DNA of 57,885 nucleotides from Perkinsus chesapeaki ATCC PRA-425 (Eukaryota; Protista; Perkinsozoa): NCBI GenBank assembly GCA_013115145.1, contig JAAPAO010000173.1, positions 1 to 57,885 of the forward strand, read 5' to 3'. Shown piece by piece: positions 48,610 to 57,885 of this stretch (position 1 is its first letter; each line of letters starts with the position of its first letter). The notes under the pieces were generated by a model. It saw only the letters and a program-made list of their open reading frames with translations, ran no database searches and was not told where the DNA came from. The position numbers and the translations under genes were made by a program.

Positions 48610-49161
48610 AGATGGTCAGGGTATGTCTCGAATGCATGGTTAAGATGTTGATGTGAACGATCTGTTATTGAGTTGATGAGTCACAAATGCTCTACATCAA
48701 AGTGAGGATAGAACTCCGCTACTGTAAAATGGATAGCCGACTTCGAGGAAGAAAGTGTTGCACAATAGTGCACGGTCGGTTCCGTGGAAAGAGCTCATTC
48801 GCCCATGTGCTTTTGTCGGTTTTCTATTCTGGACGGAAAAACGAGAATACTTCAATCAATGCTATTTTGTAATGAACAGAACACCACCTGCCAATTGCAA
48901 AACAACACCTTTTCTCTTCATAACATCAGTTGCAATAACCGCGAGATAAACGTATAAAACAGCCTTTCTGCTGCAATGTCCGTTTGCTCTACGACCAAAT
49001 ACAAGTGAGCATTTCTGTAGTTTTTTCTCTCGGCAGCAACATACACACTGGTACACTGAACCAAATGTGGTACCAACTGCTGCAGTCACGACTCGGACAG
49101 CAATTTATACCAATTCGGTCAATTCTGCTCCTGGTAATATTAACTTGGCCTTATTTTCTGT

Positions 49162-49233
49162 TGACTCTACCAGGATTCGAACCAAGGCTACATGAGTGTG
49201 AGTGGAGCTGCTCACCAGCTAGGCTAAGAGCCG
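49162..49233 (-). pseudogene. Decayed tRNA-Val(CAC)-like sequence (pseudogene or SINE head)
   Basis: 72 nt with A-box-like TAGCCTAGCTGG, loop CTCACAC, B-box GGTTCGAATCC and partial acceptor pairing GGCTCT/AGAGTC. The anticodon stem does not pair. Confidence 0.5.
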
Positions 49234-51036
49234 ACTCGACATACTAACATTCATCTCCAACCCTCTCAGTACAAGAATTACCGCGCCCTGCGCCACAATT
49301 TGTATACACTATACAGATGTCCCACCTCTGAATAACTATATCGCTATGCAAACATAGCCTGTATTTAATGACGTTATCGCTGCACGATGTAACGCGATTT
49401 GACAGCGCTATTATACACGAAAACGGCAGCGAATAAAATAGCACTTGCAATACATGATCGCAGCGAACTTTAGGTAAAATAGCAGTCGCGGGTACATAAG
49501 AGCACTTCCATTTGTTCATAAAAGCATAGCTGCTCTTTTGACAGCGTGGTATATTTTTGTACTATAATCGCTATTGGGTGCTTGTTTTTCTACAACACCG
49601 CGCTTCTGCTTTTCTGTCTGTAAAACGTTTTTTAGCTATTTTCTCCGGCGTGGTGCTTCACCAACTCAACGAGCAATTTTAATTGGTTTGATTGAACCAC
49701 TCCGAAGTCGGTCTAACAATCATGACCAATTGCGCAGGATAACGAGGCAGCATCGGGCCTCTAAGGAAGGAAGTATATACGAAGGACTCTCAACAACTCA
49801 CAGTTGTACGAACCTGTACCATGGGCAGTCGACTCAGCTCAATCTGAGTAAGTACGACCAATCATCAGTCCAGAATTGTAGTCCTGATCAACCGTATTCA
49901 CCAGGCATTTGAGCAGATGAGGTACTAGTAGAATTTCTAGTAGCGTGACTCGCAGGAGGCATGAAAGGTCAACAAAAGACTCTTACTCTGTACTGGATCC
50001 GAAGTGCACAGGGTTCCGGAGGGGATAACATAGCTACCGGCCTCCGTGCAACAGCTATGGGGTCCGAAGCAGTTGGTAGTTCGTTGCCCGTAATATGGGC
50101 ACAAATGTAGGACGGAAGTAGAATTGATGATTGGAGGTAACACAGCTTCACAGGCTTCGCATCCCGATCACACTTCCTGTCAGAGCTGCCCCTCACCCGT
50201 AAGGGATCGTAAAGCGAAGTGCAAAATGCAATGACTGAGGCGTACGCGAGAATGAAGTGGGAAGACAGACAACACCACTTGTGTCAAACCATGGAGAGGC
50301 CTGACGAGCATAAATCATCCGTCGTATTATTGATTGTTACTCGTCGCCCGTGACTATCGAAAATAAGAGCAGATCGCCCACAATGAGCCGGCCGAGCCAT
50401 TCGCCAAGGGAGTTTCGCAGCTGAGGCGCGGGGAAATTCCCCGTATTCAATGCGTACGGGCATAGAAACCCCCCAAATAAAAATATTATCAACTTCAGAT
50501 AAACTATTATCTATTATTTTTCGTTATCGCGTGAAGATCCTGATATATTGCCAAGTTCATAGTATACTTATACCTTTATAAAGGAGACTTACGACTACAC
50601 TTAATGTGTATAATACATTACCCTGTTAGCTTCTCGGACAGCCCATTGCCCCTAGAATTTTCGATTGATTTACTGGTCGCACGCACGCATGCGCCTTTTA
50701 TATGTCACCATGAAATTGTTACGTGCTTCTAAAGTCAAAGCTCTCGGTGGAGCAGCCTCAAAATCCGACCTTGCCTTCCGAGAGTCAAGAATTTTGACCA
50801 TCCATATTCCCTCCGTCAGAACAATACCGCTGCGAGATTCTCGCGTTGCTGTAGGAGGTAATTCTCTAGTCGTTGTGAGGCTTTCTTGTTGTCTTCTGGT
50901 ATCTTTGTTGCCTTGTTCTGCCGCTCCCCGAGATGTGATCCGAGCCCCCTCTCCCATTGTTAAACTAGCTTGTGGGAAAAGAGCTGGGATTTCACTCCTG
51001 CGTTTTATGCGAGTCGCAGCACTTTTGACCTGTCCA

Positions 51037-52194
51037 ATGACTAACTTCTGCAAAACGCCGGTAGCAGCGGTTCTGTGGTACACAATGGTATTTCTTCTGG
51101 CTGAGAGAGTAATATGCAAGCAGTTGAAGCTCGCTATTTCTCGCTTAAATACAGCAGACGATAAGGTTGGGCTTTTGACGACTTTGTTGGCAGATGGTCA
51201 ACAACAGACGGCTGTAGTGGACACCGGTGGTCCCAAGTCATTTTTTGTGTGGAAAAGTTGGTATGAACATCTTCTTGGTCCCGGATCATGCAAGCAACTG
51301 CTCTGGGGATGCTACGATCGTAAACTGCCGTTCCCGAAGCCCGCCAATCTGGAATACATTGACTTTAACGATGACAGTTCAGTGGGTATCTTCCCATACT
51401 CTGCTAATGTGCGATTCGGTAATTTCGCGAAGGCCAACACCAAGATCGGCCTAGTAAGCGCAAGCGATCCTTCACCACTACAGCGACCACCACATGCCTC
51501 CTTCGGCCTTGGTCCTCCTCGCGAAGGTCCTACCAGGTTTCCTACCTTTATGCAGCAGCTCATGAGCGACCCCGCGAGACCCATCAGTGGGAATATCTTC
51601 GCGCTTTACCTCAACCAAAGCAAAAGTGCTGTGCCTGCTGGTTACACTGGATACCTCCTCTTAGGGAAGGGCGATCCGACTGTTTACCAGAAGCCTCTCA
51701 AATACATACCTCTGATACCTTCAACGCTTTGGCGTGTGAGACTTGGATTCTTCCAGATTGGGAGAGCCCGTAAAACTGACGTGCTTGGAGAAGAAGTCGT
51801 GATCGACACGGGAACCAATGCCATGTTGGTCCCACAAGCGCACCTGGAAAGCTTGCTGAGTTCCATCCGTCAGCACGCAAGCGCCACAGCTGGAACCACT
51901 GTGAGCGTCGACTGGTACCGTCCTTGGGGTGTATATGTATTTGAGTGCAGATTTCTCAAATACTTTCCCAACATCAACTTCGGGCTTGGTAATGCAGGCT
52001 CGGAGGTGACAGTCGAAATTGCCCATAATGCGTACTTCCTTGGTGAGTCACTCGTACGTGGTCGATGCGTTCTTGGTATATCTGCCCACCGTGGTTCGGG
52101 ATGGTATCTTCCTGATACATCTCTTGTTGGTAACTATTTTGAATTTCAACCAGACAATGAGAGGATCGGATATGCAAAGTTGAAGGCTCGCTAG
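51037..52194 (+). CDS. Pepsin-like (A1) aspartic protease, single exon, probably secreted
   Basis: Two catalytic motifs VVDTGG and VIDTGT, LLLG after the first lobe, and C-terminal GNYFEFQPDNERIGYA. Likely start at ATG 51037 or 51085 rather than 50665. Confidence 0.9.
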   Translation: MTNFCKTPVAAVLWYTMVFLLAERVICKQLKLAISRLNTADDKVGLLTTLLADGQQQTAVVDTGGPKSFFVWKSWYEHLLGPGSCKQLLWGCYDRKLPFPKPANLEYIDFNDDSSVGIFPYSANVRFGNFAKANTKIGLVSASDPSPLQRPPHASFGLGPPREGPTRFPTFMQQLMSDPARPISGNIFALYLNQSKSAVPAGYTGYLLLGKGDPTVYQKPLKYIPLIPSTLWRVRLGFFQIGRARKTDVLGEEVVIDTGTNAMLVPQAHLESLLSSIRQHASATAGTTVSVDWYRPWGVYVFECRFLKYFPNINFGLGNAGSEVTVEIAHNAYFLGESLVRGRCVLGISAHRGSGWYLPDTSLVGNYFEFQPDNERIGYAKLKAR

Positions 52195-53090
52195 CATAAA
52201 AGGCTAGTGACGCCAGTCTTGTGCAACCGTAGTCCTACCAACTACGAGTTACCAGTGGTAACTCACCACATACAACCTGAAATCTTGAAAATGTAAAATC
52301 CTAAAAAATCATTATGAGGTATGTCAATGTGATAATAACATAGTCATACTAGTCGACATTTTGGGTCGTCGCCGACTCATCGGCATTGATGCCCTGTGTA
52401 GTTTCTGACCACTCATAATGATCGTACCGTGATCATGACAGCATCAGTTTGCGAATGTTCCATATGTTGTGTTATTGAATAGTTGGAGCATTGACACAAT
52501 TTTCTGCTCGCTTCATCACCGAAACTCATATTGTTAAGTCCGAACGGTGAAGAGTTTGGCCCAAATCTCTAAAGCGTTTCTCCCCCAACTGCATGAGTAA
52601 GCGGAATGAGTGAGCGGTCGAACACACGCCCTGTGATCGTTTTGTACATCACTTGAAACAAGACAGATTAACCTGAGCTGGACCCCTCCCAGCTTGGAAA
52701 GGGACAATCATTCCCGGCGGCTTCCCGAGGGCTCCGTGGATTGCGTCAGATTTGGGGCTTAAATGGTTAATTGATTTACATGCGCTAGTACTACTAGTAC
52801 CACCAAGATTCAGGCATTAGAATTTCGAATAAAATTCAATACTCGATCTTCAGCGAAGACTCATAAGAGCTATACACCCGTTAGTAATGAGCCGTTGTGC
52901 AAGACCGTAGCGTAAAGGGCAAATTGCATAACACAACGCGTAAGTTACACGGTCTAATGATTTTCACACACCAAACGCTCCAGCGCGTTCCAATATTGCG
53001 ATCATGCATCACAACTATTTGTAGGACCTATACGGTGCAGTTTTACTAAAACTGTTTCAGCACTCATGATTTCTCCTGGCTGAGACCGAC

Positions 53091-53316
53091 GCAACCACTC
53101 AACGCTATGAATAACCTTATGTATCGCAACCACTCAACGCTATGAATAACCTTATGTATCGCAACCACTCAACGCTATGAATAACCTTATGTATCGCAAC
53201 CACTCAACGCTATGAATAACCTTATGTATTGCAACCACTCAACGCTATGAATAACCTTATGTATTGCAACCACTCAACGCTATGAATAACTCTATGTATC
53301 GCAACCACTCAACGCT
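53091..53316. repeat. 35-bp minisatellite (GCAACCACTCAACGCTATGAATAACCTTATGTATC)n
   Basis: About 6.5 contiguous near-identical copies, no spacers. Confidence 0.95.
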
Positions 53317-55384
53317 CGGGCCGCGACGAGTCTGGCTTCAGCCCACTATTGTCTGCGAGCCTACTTGCGTCACGATAATGCGGTTGGTGGTACTCTCGGT
53401 AGCATATGGCATATTCCGAATCTACATTACGTATTCGGCAGATTATGGTTCTCCGTAATCTTGTACGGTGCTTATTGATAGTTTCGCCTTTGGTGTAAAG
53501 CGGAGTTTTATACCGCTCCTGAAGGCTACATTATTCACCGCAATTCCAGTTCCATCCGGCAATGGAGCCCAGACTAGCATGCCAAGAGGTCATAATGAAA
53601 GTTCCGTTAACGTAAGATGTTTCCAAAAGGAGTGTATTGCTGCTCATCACCGACGTAAGCGTTTAAGCTTTGTTGTAGGAACGTATAGGAATTGTCCATT
53701 ATATTAGCGAATTTCTATTTGCGATGCTCGAAGGCACATGTATGTGTCGGTAGAGTAGTACTGGTACGGGCTGCCGGACGATCAACTTTACTGTGTTAAC
53801 TCAATACACGCTTCAGTCAACAACTAAAGGCAAGTGTGAATCACATGACTCTCCCAAAGGGGATATCAGGCCAAACAAATCTTGGACTATTGACGTATCT
53901 TGAAGTCGACTTAGATTGTATATGGTATTTTTCAACCTACTTCCCAGCAGCGACATTCCCTTGAATGTTCGGATTCAAGCAGACCCGCGGCGTTTGACTA
54001 ACAACCACCTAGGAGCAAGAGAGACGTCAAGTGTCACTATGGCACTCTTTAGCTTAACTACGATAAAATAATATTTAGTTATAGAACTCGCTGAGAGTAA
54101 TAATAACATGAACGTGGCACGAAACAAAAAGTGTCTTCCTAAAAGACCAGAGAGCCTATATACTTGATAGTATAGATCAGTGACTGATCATCTGTCTTAG
54201 AAACCTATACGATATAGAGCAGTGCTTTGACATTGTTATCGGACATCACCGGATCATTCCGGCGATACCAAAATGAGGCAAATTAAATTTAAAATCTCTC
54301 TGGACTTGAATGTTCTTATTGATTGATTCTTTTTGAAGGCGTTATTGACAATAGTAAAGTGACGTTGGAACGATAAGACCGATGGTTGCAAACGCCTACC
54401 TTGGTCGGAAATACGGCAAAGTGTGGGGAGTGGTGACCTGAAGCGGGCAAAGCAATAGACTATATAGGGCGAAAGCTGCTCACCAGCGACGGTCCTAGCC
54501 GTCATTGGAGGAGATAGATTAACACGTGCAGTGGCCATCACTGGCGATGCAATGGGCTTAACCTGAAAGAGTATACCTGTTCCCAATGCTTTGTTTTAGA
54601 GACACAGGGGTCTGTTACGTCCTGTACAATATTGGTGGCCCACAAATTGTAAACTGTTCAACATACGAGTTGCAATGTAAAATATACGTATCAGATTGAT
54701 AAGCATATACAGTGTGGGAATTACTGTCACTTCAATCGCCTGATGCCTGTAGACAGTTAAGTCTTTAAAGGGAGGATTTCGGCCAGGGAAAATCTTTTTA
54801 GTTTCTGCTGGTAACCACAAGCTTGCATTACGACACCGCTTCACGAGGATGCACCCACGATTAATAAAGTTCGAGTTACCTTACCCTCGCTTCCCATCGT
54901 GGACTCAACAGTGCCCTCGCGATGGCACCGACACGCTGCTGCAAGCAAGATACCAATTCAAAATCTCATCACAAAAGTCTCACTTTGTTCGCGGGAGTCT
55001 GTACTATTCCTGGCGGAATCTGAGGGATTCCAAACGCCGAACTGAGGGCGTATAAATGAGGTGGACCTTCACGGAACCGTTTTGAGCACAACAGATGGTA
55101 CCTGAATGAGCACTGGTGCGCAATTAAACGCTACGGAATCGGCCCCTGAGATTTGTCCCACCTCACACAATTATTGTCCCCGATTCAGAAATTTAGAAGT
55201 TGACCTATCACCGCACGGTTGTATTTTCATCGATTTCGGTTGAACTAAAACGTTCCAAGAAGTTTCCGGCGAAGACCCGAACTGAGTTTCTGGTTGCCAC
55301 TGACGGCGTTCGACTTCGAACCAGAGGGAAATTCGATCGTCTCCGTTGGCACTTACGCTGTCGTGGCATGGTTTTTCCGTCCAT

Positions 55385-57410
55385 TAATCAAATTTTGGAT
55401 GACATCGTTCGGAGGGAACCCAAGAGTCCCCAATTCAGCCAAGACTTCTTCATCAAATTGGCCCTGAAACACCATTACCGTGCGCCGCAAAATTGCCATT
55501 TCCCTACCGTATAATAATCACTATGCTGACGAGCATATTCACAGAGACGGCAACCACGCACACCGCAGTGGTCGGCTGGGGTGCCCGGTGGGAGCAGCAG
55601 CTTTGACGATGCCGGATCGACGATGGGTGATGCAAATTGACTATTCGGGTTTTGGCATGCACGCGTGCACATAGCGTCTTACCCGCGCAAAAATGGATCC
55701 GTTTTCAAGAGTGTCTCGAAACTCGGTCGTTCGTTTGGATTGCTTGTGAGCATTCGAAATATCAATTGCCGAACTTCTGGAGACGTTCGGTTTCGACTGG
55801 GCACCTGCTCGGGCGGAAAATTTTTTTCGCGAAAATTCCGGGAAAATTTTCGCACCTCGAAGCTTCCATTTAAAATCTTCTTGTAGAGTCTTCCTGTATT
55901 TTGGTCTTCAAATGGTAGGTGTCCGCAAATCATTGCATACAGAATTATCCTAAATAAAAAAATCCCGAAATTCTCTCGCAATTTTTTTACCCGACGCTCC
56001 ACACGTCGCATTTTATAGGGTTGTATGGTAAACCCGCGACCATCTCCGGCGGAGCGTAGCACGGCGATCCGCAAGCCGTTCGGAGCGGCTGGCCGGGCAA
56101 GAAGAAGTTGGACAGGCCGAAGTCGGCGATTCGGATATTGTTGTCTTTGTCGAGCAGGAGATTCTCCGGCTTGAGGTCACTGAAAGATACCACGGTTTCG
56201 TTAGCGTGCGTATGCGTGCAAAAGGAGATACAGTGAACATATCGGTTCGCGAATATCTAATTTAAAATAAGTGTTCGGTTCGTTTGAATGTACGATTCTA
56301 CTATTCTCGATAATAAGTGACTTGGATGTCGGAGATCGAGCTTCCATTGTGGAAGACATGTTCGTAGCGCTAAGAAGACGTTCGGAACGTCTTGGACGTC
56401 CTCCTCGCTAGGAGGAACGTCACGTTTCTCCTAGCAACACTTGAAGCTCATCTCACATCCGTGGTTAAAACTCATTTACTCATACTTCGCACTTCGTGGT
56501 AAAAATATCCTCCTGGTGATTCGCTCGAGCCTCATTCTCGCGGTCCATTCCCGAACCGGTTGTTCCGCGTATGAGATGTCCCACTACTATTTCCAATCGA
56601 ATTGCTTACCGATGCACCACATTGTTCCGATGAATGTGACGAACGCCACATACAATTTGCCTAAGAAATTTGCACGCTTCGGACTCGCAGATCTGAAAGA
56701 AAGATACGGTATGAAAAAGTTTTTCAGGCAAACCGTTGGTAGCAAAAATTCTTTTAAGTATATCTTTCAAACGTTTCTTAATCAGGACTAGTATTTCAAG
56801 CGTACATTATAATATCACACACATTTACCCTACCGCGTATTCCTTTCTTTACGTGCAAGTCTGCTTTGACACCACATTGTGAATTTTAAAATGTTTTAGG
56901 CAGGAATCGAACTTACGACTCTTGGTGTGTTAAATATACGCTCTACCGCTTGACCATTTATACTCCACAATAAACCTACCCTTCCTTTATCCACAATGTA
57001 ATCGAACAACTCCCCTCCACTTGCGTACTCCATAACCATAAATATCTCCCGTGGAGTTTCCATTATCTCAAATAGTTGTACAACATGCGGCGACCTCCGC
57101 AGAGATCGTAGGATCCTAACCATCAGCACGTGATGACCGCTGCGCCACGAAATTGCCCACCTCAGTTCCCGGGTCACTCGTTCTATATCTCCTGGTGTGA
57201 GTATCTTGTCTTTTTCGAGTATTTTAATCGCAACTTTTTCTCCTGTTAAAATGTGCGTTCCTGTGTGATGTTCATACCGACTTTTTCTCTCTTCGCGTTT
57301 CTTTTCTCACCGAGTTTAACCTTCCCGAACGTTCCCTCTCCGATGGTTTTTCCGAGCACGTATTGAGCCAAAGGTCTTCGCGGCGTCGAAATTGATTCGA
57401 AACACTTCAT
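55385..57410 (-). CDS. SNF1/AMPK/MARK-related Ser/Thr kinase with UBA domain, multi-exon
   Basis: IGEGTFGKVKLG, VAIK, MEYASGGELFDYI, HR/DLKPENLLL, IADFGLS, TACGSPCYAPPE, DVWS, then UBA-like DEEVLAELGTLGFPPNDVIQNL..NHATTA. The gene continues past 55385 and its 3' end is not resolved. Confidence 0.92.
56892..56963 (-). pseudogene. Decayed tRNA-Val(AAC)-like sequence inside a kinase intron
   Basis: 72 nt with tRNA spacing: T8, A14, GG, loop TTAACAC, TTCGATT and a 3' AAACA end. Stems are largely mismatched. Confidence 0.5.
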
Positions 57411-57796
57411 TAAAAGGAAGATATCTCAGCTTGAAGCATGCAAGATGCATAATAACTCACCATCCAATCCTTCCACCGATCGCCTACTACACGTCCTAGA
57501 AATTCGAATGTTGCGCTAAATCTATTAGAATGGCGTGCGCTAAGCTAACAGCGCACTTTGAATCATTTGCATTCCCATCCATTTTAAATGCTCCCACACT
57601 GTTTTCGGTCACTATGGATGGCTTTGGTCCTTCTATGGTCTTTTTTACTAACAAGTTTACAAATCTTTAAGGCGGCGTTGTGCCGTTCTAAACGGGAGAA
57701 CGTTAGTGCTAGGTGGGTGACGGTGAAAGGTTGATGTTTTATTGCGTGTTGGAGTACGAGTATTGCATTTGACGATTCATTAGCAACAAATTTGAT

Positions 57797-57885
57797 ATTA
57801 TATCTCCTACTACTACTCCGCACTAGTAACATATTTTATATTATATCTCCTCCTACTCCGCACTAGTAACATATTTTATATTATA
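57797..57885. repeat. About 37-bp tandem repeat running off the window end
   Basis: TACTCCGCACTAGTAACATATTTTATATTATATCTCC occurs about twice. Confidence 0.75.

Noticed and set aside
50665-51036. N-terminal extension of the aspartic protease ORF
   Set aside because: It begins at a non-ATG codon and is not protease-like. The signal-like segment and mature domain start after 51037.
53091-53316. 35-bp repeats as a CRISPR array
   Set aside because: Units are contiguous with no unique spacers, there are no cas genes, and the context is eukaryotic.
57584-57832. ORF upstream of the kinase as a gene or extra exon
   Set aside because: It overlaps the terminal tandem repeat, shows no recognisable domain, and no splice model links it to the kinase.
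1-57885. Spliced-leader RNA gene or SL relics (ACCGTAGCCAT..GGCTCAAG)
   Set aside because: No convincing match was seen by eye on either strand. A computed search could still find degenerate relics.

Overview
Eukaryotic protist DNA, most likely a Perkinsus-type alveolate (inference from dense 35-60 nt introns, a single-exon pepsin-like protease of that style and lineage-specific secreted proteins). The window opens with a decayed intron-containing hAT transposon whose right end abuts a gag zinc-knuckle remnant (1-3.7 kb). It then alternates between two compartments. (i) Intron-dense minus-strand genes: SLC25A39/40-like carrier, DUF3431 protein, HAD-like DWDDT protein, THUMP methyltransferase, coiled-coil protein, a tandem histidine-kinase-like protein and a SNF1/MARK-type kinase. 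(ii) Intron-poor plus-strand islands (about 8-23.7 kb and 47.5-55 kb) encoding secreted proteins. Main observations: several families of 20-40 nt sequence units recur across unrelated genes and fill their short introns in either orientation (introner-like), seed local minisatellites, and also lie in frame inside the THUMP exon. Four secreted paralogues all end in a class I PDZ-ligand-type tripeptide. There are also 11-bp-phased A-tracts, decayed tRNA-Val-like units and isolated B-boxes, and a four-copy CA-tailed repeat in nested inverted arrangement. All splice models were reconstructed by eye; there are two assembly gaps; no CRISPR, rRNA or intact tRNA was found.
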